A stretch of 64,000 nucleotides of DNA, from contig OY829846.1 of NCBI GenBank assembly GCA_963691875.1, forward strand, positions 1,568,001 to 1,632,000, written 5' to 3'. The position numbers and the translations under genes are program-made. The notes beneath the pieces were generated by a model. It was not told the origin of the DNA. It was given only the letters and a program-made list of their open reading frames with translations, and searched no databases. The stretch is from Aureliella sp. GTDB lineage: Bacteria; Planctomycetota; Planctomycetia; Pirellulales; Pirellulaceae. Position 1 is the first letter of the stretch, and every line of letters starts with the position of its first letter. Shown piece after piece: positions 30,163 to 40,225 of the stretch.

Positions 30163-32262
30163 ATGGCCAAGAAGACTGCAAAAAAGAGCGTGCTTGCTTA
30201 CGACCTAGAACGTATCATCGCTCAGCTGGATACGCTCTACGAGCGTGGCGAAGAGTGCGTACATCCAGATACGGGCATCGTTGTTACAGATGGTGAATAC
30301 GATGCATTGCGTCGCGAGTTGGCCGAGCTGAAACCTGATTCCGAAGTATTTGCCTCAGCCACCGCATCGTTGGCACAAAGCACCGTCCAAAAGGTGGTGC
30401 ACGATCCTCCCATGACTTCCATCGAGAAGGCAAGTCACGAGGATGTGGCAACGCAAGAAGAGATGCTCTTCAAATGGATTGCCAACTGCACGGAAGCGAC
30501 GGAAGAGGAATACAACTGCCATATCGAGGGCAAGTCCTACAAGGAAGAGCCGGTTTCGTACCCGGAAAACTACTTCTATCAAGCGTACAAGCTCGACGGC
30601 GTCGCTCTAGCTATCTACTACGAAGAGGGCAAACTCGCTCGAGCTGGATTGCGGCCGCGCGACGGAATCCACGGAGAAGATGTTACTGCACAAGTAAAGT
30701 ACGTCAGCGGCGTACCTAAAACGCTCAAACAAAAGAAGACTTGTTCCATCCGCGGCGAACTGATCTGCACGCTTTCCGATTTTGGTAAAGTGCAGGAAGA
30801 GCTAGCTGCTGCTGGCGAGAAACTGAGAGCCAACCCGCGCAATCATGCTGCTGGTGGTATCCGGCAATTCAAGGATCCGACCAAAACGAATATGATGCGT
30901 CTGAGCTTCATCGCCTACGCCCTCGAAGGGCTTGCAAAACCGCCCTTCAGAACGGAGCTCGAACGAGCTGCCTATTGCCGCGATAAACTCGGCGTGCCAT
31001 ATATAGAAACTCAATACTTTGACTTCGCGGATCTTGCCAGAATGGAGGATGGCGTTCCCAACTTAGATTTTGAAGTCGACGGCGTGATCATCGGCGTTAA
31101 TAGCATTGAGGATCAAGAGCAACTCGGACGCCATGGCGACCCCCGTACGGGAAACCCCAAAGGTAAAATTGCTTGGAAATTTCGGGAGGAAGAAGCACAT
31201 CCAGTTATCCGCGAGATCGAATGGCAAACTGGTCGAACCGGCAAGATTGTGGCCGTTGCCATTTTTGATCCGGTGCAACTCGCTGGAACGAATGTCTCTC
31301 GCGCCACATTGCACAACGCTGGCTTCATGCAACGCAAGCAGATCGCGCTCGGAACCCAGATCGCCGTGCGCAAGGCAGGCAAGATCATTCCCAAAGTCAC
31401 CGATGTCGTTGGTGACTCGGCGGAGCCTGAGTTTCCCAGCACTTGTCCGTCCTGCGGTCAGGACACCGAGCTCGTGGCCGGTGCTGGCGAAATGCTAGAG
31501 CTCGTCTGCAACAACGGAGACTGCCCCGCGCAGAACGTCAGCGGCCTTTGCCACTACTTGGAGACGTTTGGCATTCTCGGACTTGGCGAAAGTCGCGTAA
31601 GCAGTCTCGTCGAAGGCGGGAAGGTCAAAATTGCGGCAGATTTCTATCGCCTAACCAAAGAAGATTGCATGGCCTGCGGGCTGTCGGATCGCCAATCCAC
31701 TTTGGCTTTGGCTGCAGTTCAAATGGTTCCTGCCCCAGACAAACTGGCGGGAGCAGCACTCGACAAAGCCATCGCTGATGCCGCCGAGTCGAAGAAGAAG
31801 ATTCCACTGTGGCAACTCTTCGCAACTTTTGGAATCGATTCAGCGGGCAAGTCTGCGGGCAAGGCACTGGAGAGACACTTCGGCACGCTCGAGAAAATCC
31901 GAGCGGCCAGCGTGGAGCAATTGGAGGAAGTGGATGATATCGGCACAAAAACGGCCGAGGCTATTTCAGAGTATTTGGAAGAACACGCTGAAGAGATTGA
32001 CGCACTGCTCGAATTCGTCGAACCTGAAAAGCCAAAGACCGGCAAGCTCTCAGGGCTAACGTTTTGCTTCAGCGGCAGTTTTGAGGAAGGCAAACGTCAC
32101 TGGGAACAACAAGTCGAGAATCAGGGAGCCAAGACGTCCAGCAGCGTCTCGAAGAAAACAAACTACTTAGTTGCCGGGCCAGGTTCAGGGTCGAAGAGCG
32201 AGAAGGCTGACAAGCTCGGCGTCCCCATCCTCGACGTCTCCGGACTCCGAGATCTGTTGTAG
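30163..32262 (+). CDS. ligA: NAD-dependent DNA ligase, divergent LigA homolog
   Basis: DGEYD, KLDG, RGE, ANPRN, GRTG and RATLHN; C4 zinc finger, HhH and BRCT domains. Several motifs are non-canonical. Confidence 0.88.
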   Translation: MAKKTAKKSVLAYDLERIIAQLDTLYERGEECVHPDTGIVVTDGEYDALRRELAELKPDSEVFASATASLAQSTVQKVVHDPPMTSIEKASHEDVATQEEMLFKWIANCTEATEEEYNCHIEGKSYKEEPVSYPENYFYQAYKLDGVALAIYYEEGKLARAGLRPRDGIHGEDVTAQVKYVSGVPKTLKQKKTCSIRGELICTLSDFGKVQEELAAAGEKLRANPRNHAAGGIRQFKDPTKTNMMRLSFIAYALEGLAKPPFRTELERAAYCRDKLGVPYIETQYFDFADLARMEDGVPNLDFEVDGVIIGVNSIEDQEQLGRHGDPRTGNPKGKIAWKFREEEAHPVIREIEWQTGRTGKIVAVAIFDPVQLAGTNVSRATLHNAGFMQRKQIALGTQIAVRKAGKIIPKVTDVVGDSAEPEFPSTCPSCGQDTELVAGAGEMLELVCNNGDCPAQNVSGLCHYLETFGILGLGESRVSSLVEGGKVKIAADFYRLTKEDCMACGLSDRQSTLALAAVQMVPAPDKLAGAALDKAIADAAESKKKIPLWQLFATFGIDSAGKSAGKALERHFGTLEKIRAASVEQLEEVDDIGTKTAEAISEYLEEHAEEIDALLEFVEPEKPKTGKLSGLTFCFSGSFEEGKRHWEQQVENQGAKTSSSVSKKTNYLVAGPGSGSKSEKADKLGVPILDVSGLRDLL

Positions 32263-32295
32263 TCTCGTGGGCGAGCAGCTCTCAACCGAAAATAT

Positions 32296-35200
32296 TTACT
32301 CTGTCCGTATCGATTTTGAGACGCGTTTGCCCAATTCGTCTTGCTGTACCTTAATGGTCAGCGGCCAGCCGGGAACGTTCTTGCGGTCGGGCTTCCGGTC
32401 GGCATCAAAAGTGTGTAGCTCTATGCGGATCAACATCTTCTTCTTGTTGAAGTGCACGAGTCCATACCCCTGAGTGTCCGGCGCTGTGCCGTAAACTGTG
32501 ATTTTATTTCCGAAACGATCGTGATGATTACCCGACCCCTCGATGCCTTCGATGCTATCGCCTTGAGCCGTTACGGATGGAGCCCAACGCCGATTTGCCT
32601 TGGAGGCAAAGGCCGGAACGGAGAAAGACCAAGGACCATCATGCCAATCATGAATTCCGTGACGTGCAAGAGTGCCGTAGTGAATGTCGCCAGAGATCAT
32701 AACCGGATGCGCAGCTTGAAGGCACTTGAGACCACGGTCTCGCGCGGTCTTGGGCCACCCATTGGAGTCCATATCTCCGTAGCTTGGATCATAATTGCCG
32801 ATATTGCAAAGTGGGGACTGATGTAGCACCGCGGATAGTTTTCCGGATGCGACCGTCTGCTCTGCCCAGTCGGCAAGAAACTTCTCTTGAGACGTTCCGA
32901 AGAGATGCAGCTCTGGATGCTCAAGCAGGCTGGTGTCGAAAGCAGGATTCTTGATGACTTCCAGTGTGCGGTTTGGCCGTTTGCTCTCTGGATCTGGAAC
33001 AGGACTATCTAGCACCTCGCTCGGCGGCGATTTGAATTTTCGATCTTCTGCAATTGCAAATCGAACGCCGCCATAATCCAAGTCCGTGAAATACGATCGG
33101 ATTCCGTCTCCCCAGGTGCCTTCGCGCGATCCAGGCAGATGCCACATCTGCGTCTCCTCGACTGCATTCACCCAGGCTGGATGACAAGGATATCCGCCAG
33201 TCGTGCGTGCGCCTTTCATGATCCAGCCACCGTTGCCCCAAAGATCATTGGCGTAGACGTCGTGATCGTCGGTCAGCATGATCGAGGGACGATCTTTGAG
33301 GAGCTCGCGAAAGATCAAGCCAAACTTCTGCCACTTCGCGAGGTAATTTTTCATGCCTCGGGGAACATCTTCCCTGCGTGTCGCCATCACCACTTCTCCG
33401 CCGGCGTTCGACTCGTAGATCTGATCTCCCGCGAAGAACACCAGATCTGGATCCTGAGCGATCATCTGCTCCAGAGCTTCGGCGTAGGGAGAATACTTAT
33501 CGTTCACACAGGCAATGGCCATCAACTTAAATGTGTCCGTAGTCGGTTCCGCCCGAATAACGCCTTCCCACTGGCCCTTGCCACAGACAACGCGGTAGTT
33601 AACATCACGCGAACCATCCCAGTCTCTAATTCGAAAGGCTGCCATTGCAGTCAGTTGATCGATCGGTTGCTGAGCCACCGTCTTCCACTCGTCCTCGGAC
33701 AGGACCTGCAATTGTGCTTTCGCTTGCGCGGGATTCAAAGGATCGAGATCTGTATGAGCCGTCAACTTCAGCGTACTGTTGCTCAAGCAATACTGAGTCC
33801 AGAGCACAGCCGGTACACCTGCGACTTCAGGAATCCGCGAAACTCTACAAAAGTAAGCACCGTGGCGTTTTCCGTCAGAAGTCTCCAGCCACGTTTCCAA
33901 ATCCGTCGGACCCGCGGGAAGGTCAATTTCGAATACCGCACTAGTTTGCTTTTCATCGGTAATCCGAAGTTCGGCCGACTTGCCTGCGACTACGATGCCC
34001 GCGGCAATCGACTCGAGACTCTTTTCGATGTAGTGCGGCCAGCGTGTGAGCTCAAAACGGTAGCGACCGGGCTGGTCGATTTGAACTTTCCATGCTCCAT
34101 TCTTGATCAATCTTCGCTTGACATGGTTGCGTGCCCATGGCGGACCACCAACCGGCATAGCCCATTCTTGACTCGTTAGATCCGAGGGATTCTCACGGTC
34201 TGAACCAAGCAAAATTCTTGTCGGCTGCATCGATGGTAGGAGAGAACGATGCCACGCAATGTGGTACTCATTTAGCCTCGACACGACTTCCGGAAACTGC
34301 TTTGCGACATCGATTCGCTGCGATGGGTCAGCCTCAATGTCGTATAGCTCGCGGCCTTCGACCAAACGCCAACGCTCGGTCATCGCGACTCCAATTTCCC
34401 AAGGATCACCTGGCTTGGTGTAGCCGTTTCCACCATGCATCTGGCTATGGAGGATTCTCTCCGACCAATCGATATTTGCATCACGCAAAAGCGGCTCTAG
34501 CGAGCGTCCATCCAAGCTCATCCAATCCCCGGGTCGCTCGAGATCACAAAGATCCATCAAGGTAGGAGTTAGATCGAGATGCGCGCTTAGATTGGGTATT
34601 TCTCGCGGAGACAACTTCTTCGGCCAATGCATGAAAAGCGGCACGCGGTGCCCCCCATCATAAGCAGAGCTCTTTCCACCTCGCATCCCCACATTCTCTC
34701 CATCATTGACGGGCCAACCATAGATGCGTCCCTTGGGACCGAACTGACACCCGGCAGCGGTGCCATTGTCCGTCAGAAATATGAGCAGGGTTTCTTCTTC
34801 CAACTGCTGCTCCTCGAGATACTTTAGCAAGCGTCCCAGGTTCCAATCGAAGTTGGCGACCATGCCTTTGAAAGCGGCTTGATTCTTCGGCAGTCCCCTA
34901 TCAAGAAATGGCTGCTTCCACTCGTCGCCGACCAAATAAGGACCGTGCGGCGCGTTAGTCGCCAAGTAAACAAAGAAGGGCTTCTCTCCCCCCGCATCAT
35001 CCAACGATGCGTCGATGAAATGCATTGCCTGGTCAAACCACACATCCGTGCAGTAACCTTCGAACTTCTGCCAACGGTCGCCTACAAGATAAGTGTCATC
35101 AAAGTAGTCGTTCGTCCAGTAATCTGAAATCTGAGTCACACCGCCGCAGCGATGCCATATCGACTGGTCGAAGCCACAATCCATTGGCCGAGAAGGTGCA

Positions 35201-35655
35201 CAGTCACCCAAGTGCCATTTGCCGAACATCCCGGTTGAATAGCCGTTTTGAGAAAACAAATGCGCCAACGTCTTTTCTCGTGGATGCAACGCAGTGTGTC
35301 CCGACGAGGTGCGATAGGCGCCCGTCCGAGCGGGATATCGTCCCGTCATTAGCGCAGCCCGCGTCGGCGTACAAAAAGGCGAGACATGGAAGTCGGTGAA
35401 ACGAACGGAACCCTTATGCAGCCTGTCCAGATTCGGCGTCACCAAATGCGGATCGCCGTGACACGACATGTCTCCGTAGCCCTGATCATCCGTCATGATC
35501 AAGATTACGTTCGGCCGCCGCTGCGACCACTTGTCATCAGCCTGCGAAATTTTTTTTGATGCCTGTGACGCCAGCGTCTCGGCAAATCCCATCGTTGGAC
35601 TGAAGACAAGAAAAAAGCAAAGAACCGAAACTCTCACATCGTGCCTTACTGACAT
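32296..35655 (-). CDS. Secreted arylsulfatase fused to a PhoD-like metallophosphatase
   Basis: N-terminal half has TDDQG, CTPTR and GKWHLG. C-terminal half has FAGDQIYE, DDHDVY and ISGDIH. Confidence 0.85.
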   Translation of the reverse strand: MSVRHDVRVSVLCFFLVFSPTMGFAETLASQASKKISQADDKWSQRRPNVILIMTDDQGYGDMSCHGDPHLVTPNLDRLHKGSVRFTDFHVSPFCTPTRAALMTGRYPARTGAYRTSSGHTALHPREKTLAHLFSQNGYSTGMFGKWHLGDCAPSRPMDCGFDQSIWHRCGGVTQISDYWTNDYFDDTYLVGDRWQKFEGYCTDVWFDQAMHFIDASLDDAGGEKPFFVYLATNAPHGPYLVGDEWKQPFLDRGLPKNQAAFKGMVANFDWNLGRLLKYLEEQQLEEETLLIFLTDNGTAAGCQFGPKGRIYGWPVNDGENVGMRGGKSSAYDGGHRVPLFMHWPKKLSPREIPNLSAHLDLTPTLMDLCDLERPGDWMSLDGRSLEPLLRDANIDWSERILHSQMHGGNGYTKPGDPWEIGVAMTERWRLVEGRELYDIEADPSQRIDVAKQFPEVVSRLNEYHIAWHRSLLPSMQPTRILLGSDRENPSDLTSQEWAMPVGGPPWARNHVKRRLIKNGAWKVQIDQPGRYRFELTRWPHYIEKSLESIAAGIVVAGKSAELRITDEKQTSAVFEIDLPAGPTDLETWLETSDGKRHGAYFCRVSRIPEVAGVPAVLWTQYCLSNSTLKLTAHTDLDPLNPAQAKAQLQVLSEDEWKTVAQQPIDQLTAMAAFRIRDWDGSRDVNYRVVCGKGQWEGVIRAEPTTDTFKLMAIACVNDKYSPYAEALEQMIAQDPDLVFFAGDQIYESNAGGEVVMATRREDVPRGMKNYLAKWQKFGLIFRELLKDRPSIMLTDDHDVYANDLWGNGGWIMKGARTTGGYPCHPAWVNAVEETQMWHLPGSREGTWGDGIRSYFTDLDYGGVRFAIAEDRKFKSPPSEVLDSPVPDPESKRPNRTLEVIKNPAFDTSLLEHPELHLFGTSQEKFLADWAEQTVASGKLSAVLHQSPLCNIGNYDPSYGDMDSNGWPKTARDRGLKCLQAAHPVMISGDIHYGTLARHGIHDWHDGPWSFSVPAFASKANRRWAPSVTAQGDSIEGIEGSGNHHDRFGNKITVYGTAPDTQGYGLVHFNKKKMLIRIELHTFDADRKPDRKNVPGWPLTIKVQQDELGKRVSKSIRTE

Positions 35656-35759
35656 CGCTGCTCCCAAAGCCTATTTCGTTTCGCATACAAGCGACGTGAC
35701 GAGATTTACTAGAAGTCCGCGCAAATGAATTCATCGAAAACAGATCGTTGCGAACCCTA

Positions 35760-36173
35760 CTACGATTGCCGATTCCAATGCCTAAAGACTAACTCTTCAT
35801 TCGCCTTCAGGTAACTTTTGTCCATCTCGGGATCGTCGGTTACCCAGATATCAGCCACTTCGCCGAAACGATAGAGAACTGCGATAAGAAGCTGGTCGGA
35901 GCGAATCTCCTCTACAAAGGCTTGCTTCGCATCTTCAGCCGGTTTGCCACTCAGCTCACCCAGAACCGAAACTTGCACCGTCCACTCGAAGCCGTGAAAG
36001 CCAATGAGTTCCTCTCCGTCGACGTCCTCTGCAATAGTCAGCGCCAGTGCACCGTCGGGACTGACAAAGCAACTGCCGACACTGCAACCCGTGTCGGAGG
36101 CAGATTGCCTCGGCGGGTCGGCGGATGAGATTTCTATCTGCTGCCGATCATGTTTATTTTGAGGCGCAATCAT
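35760..36173 (-). CDS. Hypothetical protein
   Basis: GGAGG RBS upstream; plausible acidic 137-aa ORF in line with the NfeD gene. Confidence 0.65.
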   Translation of the reverse strand: MIAPQNKHDRQQIEISSADPPRQSASDTGCSVGSCFVSPDGALALTIAEDVDGEELIGFHGFEWTVQVSVLGELSGKPAEDAKQAFVEEIRSDQLLIAVLYRFGEVADIWVTDDPEMDKSYLKANEELVFRHWNRQS

Positions 36174-36190
36174 GACGTTACCTCCGAAAA

Positions 36191-37969
36191 CTAACGTTGA
36201 GCACGCACAATAATGCGATTGCCTTCAATTTTAATGACTTCCACTTCGGCACCAGAATCTACGTAGTCGCCTTCTGTGATCACATCCACAAGCTGGTCTT
36301 CAAGCAGAATCTTGCCTGATGGGCGCAAGTCCGATTCCGCCACTCCTGTGGATCCAATAACAACACTTGCGGGTCCGCTCGTGCCAGTCTGCAAAAGAGT
36401 CGCAGGCACATCCCTCTCGACTTCTATTGGCTCTTCCGGGGCCGTTAGCTGGAAGCGATTCAATCCTGGAACTGAATCCAAGATGAAGATCTGTACAAAT
36501 ATAAGCACCACGACGCCAAGCATAGAGCCAAGCACAATCAAAGCGTTAGTCTGCAACTGCCCCCATTGGGTCGTGGTTTCTGGAATGACGAATCCTTGGG
36601 TCGCCATCAATAGGGATAGCACCAGCAGTACAATTCCTGTGATGCCGAAAACCCCGAAGCCTGGCAGCACAAAGATCTCGCAGATCACGCAGATCACACC
36701 CAGCACAAACATCATGACTTCCAGCCAACCGGACGTTCCGCCCAGCGCGTGACTCCAGAAGAAAATGCCAAAACAAAGTAGGGAAATGAGTCCCGCGACG
36801 CTGATGCCAGGAGCCACCAACTCAATGTACAAAGCGATGAGTCCGACAATCAAAAGCAGCCCTGTGATCCAGGGCGAGTTCAGGAAGTAGACCGTCTTGT
36901 CTTGCCAATTCAGCTGGGTGCGAGAAATCGTCTCGATATTTAAGGCAGCCAACATAGCGTCTTCATCGGCGAACACGCCATCGGCAATCTGCAGCTCCAT
37001 GGCACGTTTCCCACTCACCGTCAGATACCTGTCCTCCAGTGTTTCCAGCACGGGGCCGATGACTTTATAACGCTCTTCATTTTTCGGTAGCTCCAGCTCT
37101 ACCCGCTTCAAGAATACAACTTCGTTCGTTTCCAGATCGATCGCCTCAAGCACATCCAACTTGCGGACCATCATGGCTTCTGCAAAAGCTGCGGGACGTC
37201 CTCGCGATACAGCAAAGGGCTTAATTTCCACGACTGTGTCGCTAACAAATTTCTCTTCGGTGTATTTGAACACACCCATTTCGTTAAAGCTGATCACACC
37301 GGCGTCGCCGATGCGCGACCCCTCTTGCATGTAAATCCGCTCGGCCCCAAGTGAAATGATCGCGGCGCCGCTGATTGCTTTCTCAGGAATCCAAACGATC
37401 GTAGTGGCCCAATCCGTTTTGGAAAGACGCTTGAGCAGGTCAATTGACTCAACGAGCAAACCGCCAGGCGAATTGAGTTTAATGATGACCAGATCACAGC
37501 CTGTCTCTTTGGCCATGTCCAGACGATTGTTCAAATACCAATAGAAGCGCCCGAAAATTGGACCCTCCACGTCGATCATCAGTGCCTTTTTGAACTGTTT
37601 CTCAAGCACTCCGTCTCGACGCTCTCTGGGCTCAATCGCAGGCAGAGGATCTGGAGCCAGTTCTTCGACTTCTGCGGATTGTTTTTCAACTGCTCCGGCC
37701 TGGGTTTCCTTCTTCGGAGCCAGGGCTTCCTCCGGAACGACTTCCTGTCCTCGCGGGGTTTCTTCCGAGACTTGCTCCTCAGGCTCAGACTGCATCGCCT
37801 CCGAAGGACCCTCTTCCGTCTCTTCACCAATCGAGCCGAACAGGATTTCCTCGCTCGGAACATCTGGTTCCTGGGCGCGACATAGTGAGGCGTTGCAGCA
37901 AGCTAGCAGTACCGACACAAGCGACGCTCGCAGCACGACATTCAGCCGAGCAACATGCGTACTTTCCAT
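36191..37969 (-). CDS. NfeD-family membrane-bound ClpP-class serine protease
   Basis: LNSPGG, AISGAA, IGDAG, a TM bundle and the C-terminal NfeD motif SDLRPSGK. Confidence 0.88.
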   Translation of the reverse strand: MESTHVARLNVVLRASLVSVLLACCNASLCRAQEPDVPSEEILFGSIGEETEEGPSEAMQSEPEEQVSEETPRGQEVVPEEALAPKKETQAGAVEKQSAEVEELAPDPLPAIEPRERRDGVLEKQFKKALMIDVEGPIFGRFYWYLNNRLDMAKETGCDLVIIKLNSPGGLLVESIDLLKRLSKTDWATTIVWIPEKAISGAAIISLGAERIYMQEGSRIGDAGVISFNEMGVFKYTEEKFVSDTVVEIKPFAVSRGRPAAFAEAMMVRKLDVLEAIDLETNEVVFLKRVELELPKNEERYKVIGPVLETLEDRYLTVSGKRAMELQIADGVFADEDAMLAALNIETISRTQLNWQDKTVYFLNSPWITGLLLIVGLIALYIELVAPGISVAGLISLLCFGIFFWSHALGGTSGWLEVMMFVLGVICVICEIFVLPGFGVFGITGIVLLVLSLLMATQGFVIPETTTQWGQLQTNALIVLGSMLGVVVLIFVQIFILDSVPGLNRFQLTAPEEPIEVERDVPATLLQTGTSGPASVVIGSTGVAESDLRPSGKILLEDQLVDVITEGDYVDSGAEVEVIKIEGNRIIVRAQR

Positions 37970-38004
37970 TATCAAGAAAAAACTCATCTTCATCCTCTGA
38001 TGCT

Positions 38005-39564
38005 CTACTTCGTAACTGGAGCAGGCTTTTCGTAGAACCACTCAGGAAAGCTTCCTGGCTTTGCACGCTTCGGATTGCGATAATAAAACTGCCTACCTCG
38101 CTCTTGCTTGAGCGGCATCGACATTCCGCCCGAGTCACGCAGCATTTGAAACATCCGGTCGCTCAAATTCTTCGCGATTTCCTGATGCTTCTCGGAACGG
38201 ATCAAGTTGTGTTGCTCGTGAGGATCAGCCTTCATGTCATACAATTCGTCCGTATCCCAGACCCCATGGTACCGGATGAATTTGTACTCTTGATCTCGGA
38301 TGGCGAAGATAGTCGGCGTCTGCGGATAATTCCACTCCCAGTAGTACTCGTACAGCAGTGAATTGCGCCACTGCGCATCCTGACCGAGAGCCAACTTCCA
38401 GAAACTCGATCCATCGATTTCGGGACCAGTCGCACCTGCAACCTCCAGCAAGGTCGGCGCGATATCAATGTTCGTCACGATACGATCAACCTTCGAGCCC
38501 GCTATCAATTTCTCGGGATACTGAACCAGCAGTGGCACACGAATCGACTCTTCGTAAGCAACACGTTTGTCGATAAGGCCGTGCTCGCCAAATTGGAAAC
38601 CGTTGTCGCCCATATAGACAACCATCGTGTCGTCGTAGATACCCTTCTTTTTGAGATAGTCCATAACTCGACCGACATTATCATCCACAGCAGTGAGAGC
38701 TTCGCAGTATCGCTTGTGATAGCCTTCGACATCGAAGTCCTCCAAGTTGTAACCGTACTCGGCACCATGGCGACTATTACGTTGATCGATCAACCACCGC
38801 GGCTTGCCCTTGCGATTTTCGGGTGTATTCGCAAAGGTAACGGGCGGCTTCCAAGGCTTATCCTTGTACTTGCCACGTTCACCATCGCGGGCAACAAAAT
38901 CAGAGTGCACTGCCTTGTGCGAGATATAAACAAAGAATGGCTTGTCTTGTTGCTTTCGATTATCGAGCCAGTCAAGCGCGTAGTCCGTCAGCTCATCTGT
39001 GATGTAGCCCTTCTGTGGAACTCGCTTCTCGCCGTTTACGTTGAAACCGTCGTAAGTTGTTTGAGGCACGACCCGCGTGGTACCGTGCCCATCGGCATAG
39101 TAAGTTCCTTGACCACGAAAGGCGACCCAGTGGTCGAAGCCACGCTGTGGATCGTCTTCGTCTCCCATATGCCACTTGCCAATGAAGGCTGTCTCATATC
39201 CAGCATCCTGCAAGTCTTCCGGAAAGAACCTCAAATTTGGGTCCACCGGATTGTAGTTGTCTCCCACACCGTGATTGTGCGGATACAGTCCCGTCAAAAT
39301 AGAAGCGCGACTTGGTGAACAAAGCGAATTTGTCACGCACGCATGAGTAAACTGCACTCCATTCGAAACCATCGCGTCAAGATGCGGCGTCTCCAAAAAA
39401 GGATGCCCCATGTTCCCCATAAAATCGAACCGATGATCATCACACAGAATGAAAACGATGTTTGGCTTCGTGGCTGGATTCTCATCCGCGAACGCCATTG
39501 TTGTGCAGGCAGAATGAAATAAGGTTGCTATGAAAAAACAAACTACAAATCTAGAAAAACGCAT
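38005..39564 (-). CDS. Sulfatase (S1; N-acetylglucosamine-6-sulfatase-like)
   Basis: CDDHR, CSPSR, GKWHMG and GEHGLIDKR. Confidence 0.92.
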   Translation of the reverse strand: MRFSRFVVCFFIATLFHSACTTMAFADENPATKPNIVFILCDDHRFDFMGNMGHPFLETPHLDAMVSNGVQFTHACVTNSLCSPSRASILTGLYPHNHGVGDNYNPVDPNLRFFPEDLQDAGYETAFIGKWHMGDEDDPQRGFDHWVAFRGQGTYYADGHGTTRVVPQTTYDGFNVNGEKRVPQKGYITDELTDYALDWLDNRKQQDKPFFVYISHKAVHSDFVARDGERGKYKDKPWKPPVTFANTPENRKGKPRWLIDQRNSRHGAEYGYNLEDFDVEGYHKRYCEALTAVDDNVGRVMDYLKKKGIYDDTMVVYMGDNGFQFGEHGLIDKRVAYEESIRVPLLVQYPEKLIAGSKVDRIVTNIDIAPTLLEVAGATGPEIDGSSFWKLALGQDAQWRNSLLYEYYWEWNYPQTPTIFAIRDQEYKFIRYHGVWDTDELYDMKADPHEQHNLIRSEKHQEIAKNLSDRMFQMLRDSGGMSMPLKQERGRQFYYRNPKRAKPGSFPEWFYEKPAPVTK

Positions 39565-39615
39565 GAAGTGATTTGCTTTCGAGGAGATAGCTGGGGAGAA
39601 AACGGCGGAGGACGA

Positions 39616-40172
39616 CTATTGCTTCATGGACATCAGTTTGATTTCCATCTCTTTGTCGTCAGCCTCTACAACCAAGAAGATCTCAAAGCGTTTGGCCATG
39701 TCATCCAAGTGTGTTGTCACTCGCTTCCGCTTCATGACGCTTCCTTCTTGATCTTGAACGTTACCCGTGACGATGAAGATTTTCTTCACTTTGTTGTACC
39801 GGCCAGCCATACGAGTTGGGGCTTCGATAAAGTTGTCGACCCACATTCGGTCGTATCGCTTCTTCTTGGGTTTGTAACCGATCAGGCCATGCCCCTCAAA
39901 GTCCTGGTCGACCATCTTGCTCTTAGATTCCCACTTCAGATAAAACCCGCTGCTCACCAGTTTGTTTACGTCGGTCGCAGTATACTTTTCTGGAGGGCCA
40001 TCTGGCCCGTTTATATAAATCTCAACTTCACATTTCCACGTTCCCTCGTCGGCAGCGAATATTTTATGCGACTCGCCAGGCTTGGGGGTGGAGAATCCTT
40101 GAGCGACAGTATGCTTCGAAAAAAAGTGGCTGAGCAGGCGATGAAAAGAGGCAGCGTAGAGAACTCAAGCAT
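39616..40172 (-). CDS. DUF1579-like secreted protein, with a frameshift in a 7-nt T run near 40120
   Basis: PKPGESH...EGTW and FEGHGLIGY....KRY...WVD. The signal-peptide ATG at 40172 joins only if one T is added. Confidence 0.65.
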
Positions 40173-40225
40173 GAAACTTTCTTGTGGGCAATCAAACGAA
40201 CGGAAAGATGATGCATGAGAGAATG

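Noticed and set aside
33139..34179. Long antisense ORFs (346 aa here; also 38581-39318, 39568-40218 and 15491-16111)
   Set aside because: They are shadow frames of well-supported minus-strand genes and show no motifs.
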